In this document: positions 8,339 through 18,102 of the stretch, piece after piece
How the letters are laid out: every line of letters starts with the position of its first letter
Position numbering within the stretch: the stretch's first letter is position 1
Source: Nitrospiraceae bacterium
GTDB lineage: Bacteria > Nitrospirota > Thermodesulfovibrionia > UBA6902
DNA: 64,000 nt
Direction: 5' to 3'
Assembly: GCA_003599025.1 (NCBI GenBank)
Contig: QZIL01000083.1
Coordinates: 338-64,337 of the forward strand
Program-made: the position numbers and the translations under genes
The notes under the pieces: model-generated
Databases searched by the model: none
Told to the model about the DNA's origin: nothing
Seen by the model: only the letters and a program-made list of their open reading frames with translations

Positions 8339-11041
8339 TTACGTCTTATTGTATACCAGAACAGGCTTCAGGTTATACTGCTCTTTAAGTTCTTTTAACA
8401 TTAGCGCGTCTTTCTTTCTGTCCATTGTTCCAGGTATCCTGACCTTGCTGAAATTGCCTTCTAACGTCAGGTAAATATCAGGATAACGGCCTCTTAATCT
8501 GTTGAGCGCCTCCTGTGCGAATTTTACATTGATCCATGCGCCGATCTGAATATAGTAACTGCTGCCGGAGATATTTATATTATTCTCTGCAGGCACTGCA
8601 GTTGAAACCGTGTTGTTTTTTGCAGGAAGAACTGGTCCATCAGTAGACGTCACATGGATCTTGTCAGTGTTTTGAGCGAGGGCAGGTAGTGGCGCCGGCT
8701 TTGCAGTGGCTTCGATTGAATTGTCTCCTTGTTGAGTTTGAAGGGCGGTGGCAACGGATTCTGTATTTACCGTATCAGGGACAAAAGTGTCAGCTGAAGG
8801 CATTTTATTCTCCTCGTTAAGGCTCTGTGGGAGGACTGGCAATGGCCCGGGAGTTACGGGGTCCGGTCTATTTACTTCATTGTCTGGAGTTGTTTTTTTT
8901 TTATCAGTATCCGGCTGAGGCGGAGTTTCCTCCATGTAGTTCAGTCCCGGATGATTATTACTGCTGTCAGCAGGCGTGGGTATTTCCCTGTCTGTTACAG
9001 CAGGAGAGAACGCCTTCTCCTTATGGATTTCGCCGTTGTTTTTATTTATGTTGATTTCAAGGTTGGTCTCCTTTTTATAAATGTCCTCAGAAGGTCCATG
9101 CAGTTTTACCTTGTAATTGGGCTCAGCGTACAGGACCTCAGGCAGTGACAGGAAATCATTAATGGCATCTTCTACATGTTTGCCGGGTTTTAATTTAATC
9201 TGGTAAACCGATATACTCTCAAAGTATTTAATAACAGAAGCTTTCTGCTGATATATTATATCCAGTGCCTTTTCCATGGATACATTTTCAGCGAATTTAA
9301 CAAGCAGCTCTCCCTTACTGTACAATTTCTCTTTTGTTACGAATTCCTTGTGCTTCTCTTCTGTTAATTGTGCAAGCTGGGTTGTTTCTTTGACAACGTG
9401 AGGCGACAGGAAGATAAGCAGATTAGTCTTTTTGGTTGAGACACTCTTGAACTTGAAAAGCCATCCAAGAAAAGGTATGTCTCCGAGCAGGGGGACCTTT
9501 GTAACGATTTCTTCATCTTTTTCCTGCATCAGCCCGCCGATAACAACTGTACGCCCATCTTTGACCAGCACTGAAGTTTTTGTGGAACGCTTTGTAGTGG
9601 TAGGCCCGACAGTTGTGAGGATAACATCAGAGGCGCTCTTTACTGATGATATCTCCTGAAATATGTCGAGCTTAACGTAGTCCCCTTCAGTTATCTGCGG
9701 AGTTATCTGCAGCTTTATACCGACGTCTGTTCTTGTTATGGAATTCAGCACAGTAGTGGTCGTGGTTACGTCCCGCTCTCTCTGAGATATAAAAGGCACA
9801 TTTTCACCGACGAGTATCTCAGCCTCCTGATTGTCGGAGGTGAGTATCTGGGGGGTGGAAAGTACATTAATTGCGTCCTTGAATTCGCTCAGGCTGAAGA
9901 GAGCTGCAAATCCCGGGGCTGTAAGGCTCTGACTGCTGGATGATCCACTTGAACTGATTGAAGTTATCGGGACATCGAAGAAGTTCCCCATGCCGCCGAT
10001 TGATATGCCGGATAGTCCGTTAACGATATTCAAAAGCGTGTCCGTACCGATATTGCCGACCCCGCCTACCAGTATCGGTTCACCACGATCAGTTACTGTC
10101 CCTCTCCATTTTGCGCCGAGGTCCTTAAGTTTATCTATTGATGCCTCCACTATCATGGCCTCGACAAAGACCTGTTTCCTCTTTCTGTCGAGGGTCTTTA
10201 TTACCTGGACTATGCTCTGGTAATCGGAATAGGGTGCAACGACCACAAGTGAATTGGTTGCCTTGTCCGGTGTGACGCTGAGTATTGGAGGCGAATCAGG
10301 TGCCACATTTTTTGGAACGGCCCTGAGGCCTGTTTTATAGGTCGTCTGCATGTCCTTTATTATGCCCTGCAAAACCTTGGCGAGTTCTGTAGCATCAGCA
10401 TACTCAAGAAAGTAGACATTGATTCCAGCTTCTTCTGCAGCAGCAGCGGGTTTATCTATCAGTCTGAGAAGGGATACCATTTTATCGATGTTTATGGCAG
10501 AGTCAATCACAAGCAGCATGTTCCCGGGACCAAAAGCAGAGATATGACCGTCCCGTGAGATGACAGGGCGTAAAAACTGCACTGCCTCATCTACCTTTAT
10601 ACTCTCAACCGGGACAAGTTTTGTGATATAGCCTTCATTGATGGGCATTGTTTCATCAGGTGAAAGGACGCCTTCCTGCTTGGCAAGCGAAGACGGCAGT
10701 ATTTTATAAGTCCTCGGTCCTGAAGGTATGATGGTAAACCCTTTAAGGTTCAGTACAGAGGTGAACAGGGTAAAGGACTCATCTATGGTCAGTTTGGTAG
10801 GGGCTATTATGGTGATTTTCCCCTTGATCCGTTCATCAAACAGGAAGTTGTTGCCTGTAATCTCGCTGATGAACTTCACAATCGTAGGGATCTCGACATC
10901 GACAAAATTAAAGGCTATGCGGGGTCCTGACTGGTCTGCTAAGCGGCCCTGATGTTCACTGGCAGCACTGGACAGAGATGAAAAGGACAGTATCACAAGG
11001 ACAATTGAATACAGCACTATAGACAGTTTATTCAGTTTCAT
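8339..11041 (-). CDS. gspD: Type II secretion secretin GspD with a C-terminal I9-propeptide-like + Pro-rich linker + SPOR extension
   Basis: A signal peptide, N0/N1-type domains and the secretin core run to ...TNLLIFLSPHVVKE at about aa 550. A further roughly 350 aa follow. They include ...LVKFAENVSMEKALDII...VLYAEPNYKVKLH, a Pro-rich low-complexity stretch, and a C-terminal SYYIQIGAWINVKFAQEALNRLRGRYPDIYL...FSKVRIPG... (SPOR-like). Confidence 0.85.
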   Translation of the reverse strand: MKLNKLSIVLYSIVLVILSFSSLSSAASEHQGRLADQSGPRIAFNFVDVEIPTIVKFISEITGNNFLFDERIKGKITIIAPTKLTIDESFTLFTSVLNLKGFTIIPSGPRTYKILPSSLAKQEGVLSPDETMPINEGYITKLVPVESIKVDEAVQFLRPVISRDGHISAFGPGNMLLVIDSAINIDKMVSLLRLIDKPAAAAEEAGINVYFLEYADATELAKVLQGIIKDMQTTYKTGLRAVPKNVAPDSPPILSVTPDKATNSLVVVAPYSDYQSIVQVIKTLDRKRKQVFVEAMIVEASIDKLKDLGAKWRGTVTDRGEPILVGGVGNIGTDTLLNIVNGLSGISIGGMGNFFDVPITSISSSGSSSSQSLTAPGFAALFSLSEFKDAINVLSTPQILTSDNQEAEILVGENVPFISQRERDVTTTTTVLNSITRTDVGIKLQITPQITEGDYVKLDIFQEISSVKSASDVILTTVGPTTTKRSTKTSVLVKDGRTVVIGGLMQEKDEEIVTKVPLLGDIPFLGWLFKFKSVSTKKTNLLIFLSPHVVKETTQLAQLTEEKHKEFVTKEKLYSKGELLVKFAENVSMEKALDIIYQQKASVIKYFESISVYQIKLKPGKHVEDAINDFLSLPEVLYAEPNYKVKLHGPSEDIYKKETNLEININKNNGEIHKEKAFSPAVTDREIPTPADSSNNHPGLNYMEETPPQPDTDKKKTTPDNEVNRPDPVTPGPLPVLPQSLNEENKMPSADTFVPDTVNTESVATALQTQQGDNSIEATAKPAPLPALAQNTDKIHVTSTDGPVLPAKNNTVSTAVPAENNINISGSSYYIQIGAWINVKFAQEALNRLRGRYPDIYLTLEGNFSKVRIPGTMDRKKDALMLKELKEQYNLKPVLVYNKT

Positions 11042-11083
11042 TAACAGTTCTCTGTGATTTTAATGCCGGATAATTTTAGACTT

Positions 11084-11118
11084 ATCAATTATCAATTATC
11101 AGGGGTCAATTGTCAAAT
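11084..11118. repeat. Short tandem/inverted repeat (ATCAATT)n in the gspC-gspD spacer
   Basis: The sequence is ATCAATTATCAATTATCAGGGGTCAATTGTCAAAT. Confidence 0.5.
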
Positions 11119-11143
11119 ACTGTGTAATACCAATATAAGGAAC

Positions 11144-12061
11144 TTATCTTATCTGATAGCTCATCGACATGTTTTTTCCGCCTCTTACAATGTCAAGATT
11201 TACCCTGTTCATCCCCTTCAGTGCAGACATGGCCTGGATCGCGACTTCAGGATTGGATATTTCGAGCCCGTTGACCCGTAAAAGTACATCTCCGTTTTTA
11301 ATGCCCAGACTGCCGTAGAGTCCATCGGGTATGACCTCGCTGATCTTGAATCCCATCTGCTTGCCGTCAACAAAATTCGGCAGAAGCCTGGCGTCCGTTA
11401 AAATCTGCTCCGGATTCCCGAGAGATTGCTGTACCCTTCTGCTGTCGAGAATGTATTCCTGCTCCCCGACCTTTCTGGCAAACGAGGTTTGCGGGACTTC
11501 GGCCGGGGTACTTTTTGCCCGGTCCTCGATTCCTGTGATTGGTTCGTCGGACGGGAAGGTAAGAGTGATAGTTTGCGAATCCTGCCTGATATCAACCGAT
11601 GTCATGGTTATACTGGTTAATGTCCCGTAATTAAAGACCTTTTCATTATAGCCAAAGACCTCCTGCACGTTCGGCTGGGATTTATCTTCAAATATTGCAT
11701 AACTGAGGTTCTCTGGCCCTGTGACAGTCCCGATCAGGACCAGATTAGATAATGGACCGAGCGAAGGAGTTTCTTCCTGTTTCCCCTCAATAGGCTGGAG
11801 TTTCATTGGTCGGCCAAAGGGGTTTTTCTCGAGAATCACGGAATACTGCATGATATCATTATTCATATTAATCAGTGTGTTGTCTTTATGGTGAAAGGGA
11901 AGGGCCTCCTTCTTTGAAAAGGAGATATCGACAATGTTTCGGGCCAGAAGAAGGACCGCCAGCAATATTAAAAATGACAGAAGGTAATTGACCAGGCGGA
12001 ATTTAACTAACGGATTATCGAACATTTTTAATAGATTAAACGATTGCCTGCTGACTGTCAA
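11144..12061 (-). CDS. gspC: Type II secretion protein GspC-like (N-terminal TM + C-terminal PDZ)
   Basis: It has an N-terminal TM helix (LVNYLLSFLILLAVLLLA) and a C-terminal PDZ pattern (GFKISEVIPDGLYGSLGIKNGDVLLRVNGLEISNPEVAIQAM). It sits directly upstream of gspD. Confidence 0.7.
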   Translation of the reverse strand: MTVSRQSFNLLKMFDNPLVKFRLVNYLLSFLILLAVLLLARNIVDISFSKKEALPFHHKDNTLINMNNDIMQYSVILEKNPFGRPMKLQPIEGKQEETPSLGPLSNLVLIGTVTGPENLSYAIFEDKSQPNVQEVFGYNEKVFNYGTLTSITMTSVDIRQDSQTITLTFPSDEPITGIEDRAKSTPAEVPQTSFARKVGEQEYILDSRRVQQSLGNPEQILTDARLLPNFVDGKQMGFKISEVIPDGLYGSLGIKNGDVLLRVNGLEISNPEVAIQAMSALKGMNRVNLDIVRGGKNMSMSYQIR

Positions 12062-12140
12062 TATTTATAAACGCAGTCAATGAATACATGTTAGAACCTC
12101 ATGGGTTGCAACGCTGGCTTTCGCCATATAATAAACTAAA

Positions 12141-12929
12141 CTATATCTTGGCTTCTTTCAGCGCTTCACTACAAATACATTGTCTTCCATCCGGTATCAG
12201 CCGGAATGTTTCACTTAATAATCGTTTGATGTTTGTTGTAGTTGCCTTCATGGCTTCCATTACTTCTGCAACTGTGAGTTTTCTCCTGCTTATGCCTGCA
12301 GCATAGTTGGCGACTACAGACAGTCCTGAATAACATATTTCGAGTTCCCTCGCAAGTGAGGCCTCCGGCATGCCGGTCATTCCGACTACATCACCGCCGA
12401 GGATGCCGAAGCTTCTGATCTCTGATGCTGACTCAAGTCTCGGACCTTCAACTGCCACATATGTTCCGCCGTTTTTAACAGAGACACGTACACGTCTTCC
12501 GGCCTTCTTAAGCGTTTCGCGGAGTTTCGGGCAATACGGGTCGGTAAAGTCAATATGTACAACGCCGTTTTTACCGTCGTAGAATGTGGATTTTCTGTTC
12601 CTTGTCATGTCCAGTACCTGGTCAAGGATGACGATATCTCCGGGTTTTAATCCTTTCCTGATACCGCCTACTGCGCTGATTGAAAGGACCCTTTTAACTC
12701 CCAGTTTATGAAAACCAAAGATATTTGCCCTGTAATTGATCATATGGGGAGGAATATTATGGTGGCTTCCGTGCCTGGGAAGAAAGACAACTTCTGTCTT
12801 TCCGATTTTCCCAAGCAGATACTTGTCAGAGGGTTTACCATAGGGCGTGGCGACTGCCTGCCGTTTTCTTAAAACAAAGCCTTCAATATCATACAGACCG
12901 CTTCCCCCGATAATACCTATTTTTGACAT
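12141..12929 (-). CDS. mtnP: S-methyl-5'-thioadenosine phosphorylase
   Basis: The sequence MSKIGIIGGSGLYDIEGF...FLPRHGSHHNIPPHMINYRANI...GMTGMPEASLARE matches MTAP/PNP family hallmarks. Confidence 0.85.
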   Translation of the reverse strand: MSKIGIIGGSGLYDIEGFVLRKRQAVATPYGKPSDKYLLGKIGKTEVVFLPRHGSHHNIPPHMINYRANIFGFHKLGVKRVLSISAVGGIRKGLKPGDIVILDQVLDMTRNRKSTFYDGKNGVVHIDFTDPYCPKLRETLKKAGRRVRVSVKNGGTYVAVEGPRLESASEIRSFGILGGDVVGMTGMPEASLARELEICYSGLSVVANYAAGISRRKLTVAEVMEAMKATTTNIKRLLSETFRLIPDGRQCICSEALKEAKI

Positions 12930-13019
12930 GGCATCCTCCTGTTGTGTTTAATAGTACAAGATATCATAATTGATATTAGGTCGTGTCAGCCTATAAAGTC
13001 GATTTATTATCTTTTATCT

Positions 13020-13077
13020 GTCATTCCGGCTTGTCCGGAATCTATGATTCCCGACGCGTTTTGCTTGCGGGAATGAC
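13020..13077. repeat. Palindromic intergenic element, GTCATTCC...GGAATGAC family
   Basis: The full sequence is GTCATTCCGGCTTGTCCGGAATCTATGATTCCCGACGCGTTTTGCTTGCGGGAATGAC. Confidence 0.75.
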
Positions 13078-13153
13078 ACAAAGGGCAGTTTATAAACAGA
13101 CTATAATTTGCTAACCACATAATATTAATAGAAAGGGCCCAAGAGATCAAGAA

Positions 13154-14545
13154 ATGAACAGAATATCAGATGACCTTATAGCTGAAATAATAAGGAGGTC
13201 ACTCATTAATGGTGGTGACTATGCAGATGTTTATATTGAACAGGAACGTCCCCTGTCAATCCAGCTCGAAGATGACAAGATTGAAAAGCTGTCTTCCGGG
13301 ATTGATTTCGGTATTGGTCTGAGGGTTATTTTTGAAGATAAAACCTATTATGCATACAGTAATGATTTTTCAGAGGGGTCTTTATTTGCAATAGCCGAAA
13401 CTGTAAGCCGGGCAGTTAAGGGCGGAAAGGGAAAGGAACTTACATTTGATCTGAGGAAACTGAGACCGTCAGTCGATTTTGAGATCCGGAAATACCCTGA
13501 TGACATTTCAATAAAGGAAAAGATATCTCTCATAGAACGATCAAACAGGGCAGCTAGAGGGGTAAGTCCCAAAATTAAGCAGGTGTCCATCGTGTACAGG
13601 GACTCTGTCAAGAATGTCTGTGTCGCTTCTTCTGACGGGACCATAGCTGAGGACGAACGCATATACACCCTGGCCCTTATACAGGTCATTGCTGCTGAAG
13701 GTAATGTTTTGCAGACGGCTTATGAACCTGTCGGAGGTCTTATTGGTTTTGAGCTGTTTGAAGATGAGCCCTTTGAAGAGATTGCCCTCAAAGCTGCACA
13801 TAAGGCAGTGGCCCTGCTGAGTGCGCGGAAGGCCCCGGGCGGAAGGATGCCGGTCATAATTTCAGCGGCATCAGGGGGCACGATGATTCACGAAGCTGTG
13901 GGTCATGGGCTGGAGGCTGATCTGGTACATCAGGGACTGTCGGTGTATAAGGGCAAGGTCGGTGAGCAGATAGCCTCACCATTAGTAACAATAATTGATG
14001 ACGCAACTCTGCCTAAGAGGCGCGGATCGTTCAGGTTTGATGACGAAGGTGTTATTGCACAGAGGACTGTTCTTGTAGAAAAAGGGGTCTTAAAGGGGTA
14101 CATGTATGACAGGCTGACTGCCATGAAAGAGGGTGTAGATTCGACAGGCAACGGCAGGCGGCAGTCATATAAGGACAGGCCGATTCCGAGGATGAGTAAT
14201 ACTTTTATAGCCTCCGGAGAAGAAGACCCGGAAAAGATAATAAAATCAATAGATAAGGGCATTTTTGTAAGAAAAATGGGAGGGGGACAGGTAAATACCG
14301 TGACAGGAGAATTTGTTTTTGAGGTCTCTGAAGGCCATTTAATTGAAAAGGGACAGATAGGAGAGCCTGTCAGGGGCGCAACACTTATCGGAAACGGCCC
14401 GGAAGTATTGAAATCCATAGATATGGTAGGCAATGACATCGGGTTTGCCATAGGAACATGCGGAAAGGATGCCCAGGGCGTCCCGGTTTCGGATGCAATG
14501 CCGACTGTCAGGATTCCGGAGATGGTTGTCGGAGGAGAGGTCTGA
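13154..14545 (+). CDS. tldD: TldD-family metalloprotease
   Basis: The protein is 463 aa with the TldD/PmbA fold pattern and the HExxxH motif GGTMIHEAVGHGLEAD. Confidence 0.85.
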   Translation: MNRISDDLIAEIIRRSLINGGDYADVYIEQERPLSIQLEDDKIEKLSSGIDFGIGLRVIFEDKTYYAYSNDFSEGSLFAIAETVSRAVKGGKGKELTFDLRKLRPSVDFEIRKYPDDISIKEKISLIERSNRAARGVSPKIKQVSIVYRDSVKNVCVASSDGTIAEDERIYTLALIQVIAAEGNVLQTAYEPVGGLIGFELFEDEPFEEIALKAAHKAVALLSARKAPGGRMPVIISAASGGTMIHEAVGHGLEADLVHQGLSVYKGKVGEQIASPLVTIIDDATLPKRRGSFRFDDEGVIAQRTVLVEKGVLKGYMYDRLTAMKEGVDSTGNGRRQSYKDRPIPRMSNTFIASGEEDPEKIIKSIDKGIFVRKMGGGQVNTVTGEFVFEVSEGHLIEKGQIGEPVRGATLIGNGPEVLKSIDMVGNDIGFAIGTCGKDAQGVPVSDAMPTVRIPEMVVGGEV

Positions 14546-14657
14546 TTTGTGCAGAATAGAGACACAGTAGAGGTATTAATGATACATCTGCATTATTAAT
14601 CCTCTTGATTTAAAAGCATACTTGGACTGGTATTTAATTTGCTTATATACGACAGTT

Positions 14658-15551
14658 ATGCGACTTCAAAATACTTTAAAAGATGAAATATTCATAAGCG
14701 GTCTGGGGCTTCATTCAGGCAGAAACATCAGTATGAGGCTGAGACCTGCACCTAGCAACACCGGTATTGTTTTTATCAGGACGGACAAGGGCAATGTCAG
14801 GATAAAGGCGAGCATAAGCACTGTATCTGATACAACTTTTGCCACGACCCTCGCATCTGAAGGGGTCAGGATAGGAACTGTTGAGCACCTCCTTGCTGCC
14901 TTAGCGGGCCTTCATGTTGATAATGTATATGTTGAGCTTAATGGTCCTGAAGTTCCGATTATGGACGGCAGCGCCTATTCATTTGTATCCAGGATTATGG
15001 AATGCGGGATTGTGAAGCAGGAAAAGGCTGTCTCATATATACGGATTCTGGCCCCCATAGTAGTAATGGAAGGGCACAGCCAGATCGCGATCACCCCTTA
15101 TGAAGGCACGAGAATCACGTATCGACTATTTTACACGCATCCTGCATTTGGTGAGCAGAAGATGGGTATCGACATATCCACAACTTCATTTATCAATGAT
15201 CTCGCTCCTGCGAGGACCTTTGGATTTCTCAGGGACGTTGAGATGCTGAAATCCAGAGGGCTGGCACAAGGGGGATCGCTGGATAATGCGATTGTACTTG
15301 GTGAAAATGAAGTCATAAACGGCAATATGCTAAGGTTCAAGGATGAATTTGTAAGGCATAAAATCCTTGATGCTGTTGGTGACCTGTCATTAATAGGTCT
15401 GCCGATTCACGGACATATTATTGCGAACAAGTCGGGACATACCCTGCATATAAAACTGCTCAGAAAGATCCTGCTGCTGAGAGATTCCTGGGAAATTATT
15501 ACTCCATCGGTTGTAGCCCCTGCGGTTTCAGAACTCGCTGCCTCGGTTTAA
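14658..15551 (+). CDS. lpxC: UDP-3-O-acyl-N-acetylglucosamine deacetylase
   Basis: Motifs MRLQNTLKDEIFISGLGLHSG..., EHLLAALAGLHVDN and HKILDAVGDL are present. I prefer the ATG at 14658 over the listed TTG at 14622 because the extra 12 residues have no counterpart in LpxC. Confidence 0.9.
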   Translation: MRLQNTLKDEIFISGLGLHSGRNISMRLRPAPSNTGIVFIRTDKGNVRIKASISTVSDTTFATTLASEGVRIGTVEHLLAALAGLHVDNVYVELNGPEVPIMDGSAYSFVSRIMECGIVKQEKAVSYIRILAPIVVMEGHSQIAITPYEGTRITYRLFYTHPAFGEQKMGIDISTTSFINDLAPARTFGFLRDVEMLKSRGLAQGGSLDNAIVLGENEVINGNMLRFKDEFVRHKILDAVGDLSLIGLPIHGHIIANKSGHTLHIKLLRKILLLRDSWEIITPSVVAPAVSELAASV

Positions 15552-15571
15552 CCTGAAAAAGTATTTGTTCT

Positions 15572-15598
15572 CAGATTAACGCAGATTAGCACAGATTT
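15572..15598. repeat. Short tandem repeat (CAGATTARC) x3
   Basis: The sequence is CAGATTAACGCAGATTAGCACAGATTTT. A related sequence occurs in reverse orientation at about 39728-39752 (AATCTGTTCTTCGTGTGTGATCTGTGCG). Confidence 0.45.
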
Positions 15599-15732
15599 TA
15601 AAAACTGACTATCATTTTGAGACATAGTAGCTGTTTGTGCCTGTCTGATTTATATCAGCGTCGTTATCTGTCAATCATGCCCATCCGGCAGGCGGGTCTG
15701 AGGAGATAAATGCTCTCCTGGTTTTATTTAAC

Positions 15733-16212
15733 TCAGGAGTCTAATCTTATAATAACCGCCACTTCTTCGCATCCCGGAAATTTGGGGCATTTCAGACAGT
15801 CTCCCCATATCTTGTGCGGCAGATCGTTTCTGTCAATGTCCTCGAATCCCAGATGCTTAAAGTATTCAGGATGATATGTGAGGGCAAAGACCTTGTTCAC
15901 GCCGAGGGCCCTGGCCTCTTTGAGGCAGTAGTTTATTAATTTCCGACCAATGCCGCGTTTCTGGTATTTCTTGGCTACTGCTGCAGAGCGGATCTCTGCA
16001 AGGTCTTCCCAGACGATATGGAGAGAGCATACGGCAATGACTTTGTCCTTATCAAGGCATATATAGAAATCGCGGATAAGTTCATATATCTCGTTCAGAG
16101 AGCGCGGCAGCATCCTGTTTCTCCGTGCAAACGAGTTGACCAGTTCATGTATGGACTGGGCATTTTTGAGAGTGGCTTTCTGATATATTAATTCTGACTG
16201 TTTCTTTTTCAA
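15733..16212 (-). CDS. GNAT-family N-acetyltransferase (short ArgA-like)
   Basis: It has the acetyl-CoA binding motif (AVAKKYQKRGIGRKLI) and a C-terminal Cys cluster (WGDCLKCPKFPGCEE). Confidence 0.7.
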   Translation of the reverse strand: MKKKQSELIYQKATLKNAQSIHELVNSFARRNRMLPRSLNEIYELIRDFYICLDKDKVIAVCSLHIVWEDLAEIRSAAVAKKYQKRGIGRKLINYCLKEARALGVNKVFALTYHPEYFKHLGFEDIDRNDLPHKIWGDCLKCPKFPGCEEVAVIIRLDS

Positions 16213-16213
16213 T

Positions 16214-17176
16214 TTATTCTTTTCGCTCCTTTTTGCATAGATCTATCAATATTCCCTCAAGCAGTCCGTAATTGCTAACAATAAGCTCATTGGATCCATA
16301 GGACTCCATCAGCTTAAGAAGTATAAGTGTTCCCGGCACTATTATGTCAAGCCTTGCTAACTCAAATGGTATATACTGTGCCCTCTCCCCTGAGGACAGG
16401 CCGGAGATGAGAGTGAATATATTCCTGACGGTATCCATGTGTAATTTATATTTGTGAATCTTATCATGCTTAAATACCTTCAGGCCCTGGGCCATGGCAG
16501 CAAGGGCGGTGACAGTGCCTGCTGTACCTGTGAATGCGGTATCACATGTAATCAGCGGTTTAAACAGACCTGCAGCATGGTCAATCTTACCTGTGACTTC
16601 ATCCTCCATGTGTTGAAGGGACTCCCTGTCTGGCGGGTCATTGTGCATGTATTTATTTGCAAGATACACGACTCCGAGATCAAGGCTCTCTGTTATTGAC
16701 ATATGTCCGTCAGTCATGCAAATAAGTTCCGTGCTGCCTCCGCCGATATCAATCATTAATGCTGATTCAGTGAAAGGTATGTCCAGCAGCATGCCCTGCG
16801 CTGTTATTTCAGCCTCGCGTCTGCCGCTTATCACTTCTATCTCAAGTCCGGTGCTTTCTCTGACGAGACGCAGGAACTCATCCCTGTTTTCTGCATTTCT
16901 CAGGACGCTTGTGGCTGCTGCTGATGTCCTGAAGGCATGGTGGCGGGCTATAACTTCAGTGAATTTCTTCAGCGCGTCAATGCCTCTTTTCATAGCTGCG
17001 TCTGACATGAGACCGTTTATTGAGACCCCTTCACCAAGACGCGTTATTATCCGGTCAGTATGAATTGTCCTGAAAGAAAAACCACTGTAAGATCCGGCAG
17101 GATATACTTCAGCGATCAGGAGCCTGAATGTGTTTGTGCCTATGTCGATGGCAGCACGGATATTGTTTTTCACCAT
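16214..17176 (-). CDS. Ppx/GppA-family phosphatase
   Basis: The N-terminus AAIDIGTNTFRLLIAE and the motif MIDIGGGSTEL indicate an ASKHA fold of Ppx/GppA type. The protein is 320 aa. Confidence 0.8.
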   Translation of the reverse strand: MVKNNIRAAIDIGTNTFRLLIAEVYPAGSYSGFSFRTIHTDRIITRLGEGVSINGLMSDAAMKRGIDALKKFTEVIARHHAFRTSAAATSVLRNAENRDEFLRLVRESTGLEIEVISGRREAEITAQGMLLDIPFTESALMIDIGGGSTELICMTDGHMSITESLDLGVVYLANKYMHNDPPDRESLQHMEDEVTGKIDHAAGLFKPLITCDTAFTGTAGTVTALAAMAQGLKVFKHDKIHKYKLHMDTVRNIFTLISGLSSGERAQYIPFELARLDIIVPGTLILLKLMESYGSNELIVSNYGLLEGILIDLCKKERKE

Positions 17177-17236
17177 GAAATTATAACTGAAAACGGGAGA
17201 AAGAATAAGAACGGCAGCCGGCTTGCCCCCGGGTGG

Positions 17237-18067
17237 TCAAGTGAATACCGGCATGTGTGATTTGGGAATGATACCAGAATCTTCAGCCCTTTTAATGAAT
17301 TCCCTGACCGCCTTCTCGCCTTCCTCCCCGAGGTCTATGGAGAAGTCGTTGACGTACAGATCAATGTGCTGGTTGATGACGTCATCGGACAGTTCCTGGG
17401 AATGTTTCTTTATGTAGGCCATGGGTACTGTAGGGTTGCTGAATGCATATTCAACGCTCTGTTTTATTAAAACACCGATCTGTTTTATCACACTTTCCCC
17501 GAGGCTCCTCCGGGCAATGATACCCCCGAGGGGAATCGGAAGTCCGGTTTCTCTTTCCCACCATTCGCCGAGGTCCATTATTTTTTTCAGTCGGTATGAT
17601 GGATAGGTAAACCTGCTTTCATGGATGATGAGTCCGGCGTCGACTTCTTCACTGGCAACGGCATCCATGATTTTGTGGAAGGGCATCTCGACAAACCTTG
17701 CGAATTCAGGATCATACAACCGCAAAAGTAAAAAAGCGGTTGTCAGTCTTCCCGGTATCGCGATTCTCCTGTTGCGCAGCTGTTCCAATGAATAATTGCG
17801 TTTTGCCACAATGAGCGGGCCGCACCCCCTGCCGACAGCGCCTCCTGACCTGAGGAGGGTGTAATTATCCCGGAGGCGCCCGTATGCTGCATAGGATATC
17901 TTGGTAACATCAAGCTCCGCGTTGAGGGCCTTCTGGTTCAGCGTTTCAACGTCCAGCAGTTCTTCATTGAAGGAATGACCGCCAGTGTCGATTTTCCCGT
18001 GGACCAGGGCATAGAAAATAAAAGTGTCGTTAGGGCAGGGGGAGTAGCCGAGGGAGAGTTGCTTCAT
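17237..18067 (-). CDS. mqnD: 1,4-dihydroxy-6-naphthoate synthase (futalosine pathway)
   Basis: The N-terminal LSLGYSPCPNDTFIFYALVHGKID signature matches MqnD. The protein is 276 aa. Confidence 0.75.
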   Translation of the reverse strand: MKQLSLGYSPCPNDTFIFYALVHGKIDTGGHSFNEELLDVETLNQKALNAELDVTKISYAAYGRLRDNYTLLRSGGAVGRGCGPLIVAKRNYSLEQLRNRRIAIPGRLTTAFLLLRLYDPEFARFVEMPFHKIMDAVASEEVDAGLIIHESRFTYPSYRLKKIMDLGEWWERETGLPIPLGGIIARRSLGESVIKQIGVLIKQSVEYAFSNPTVPMAYIKKHSQELSDDVINQHIDLYVNDFSIDLGEEGEKAVREFIKRAEDSGIIPKSHMPVFT

Positions 18068-18102
18068 TATGTTATACGTATTTATAAGTTATGCCGTAAA
18101 AT

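Noticed and set aside
13930-14565. A 211 aa minus-strand ORF, plus 13348..13689 and 13541..13801, opposite tldD.
   Set aside because: They are antisense shadows of a well-supported TldD gene. They have no start context or motifs.
14622-14657. N-terminal extensions proposed by the ORF track: lpxC from TTG 14622, crcB from 46697, hisF from 49010, and the ADH from TTG 54627.
   Set aside because: The extra residues have no counterpart in the respective families. Internal ATGs (14658, 46562, 49040, 54639) give canonical N-termini. The hisF extension starts inside a repeat element.
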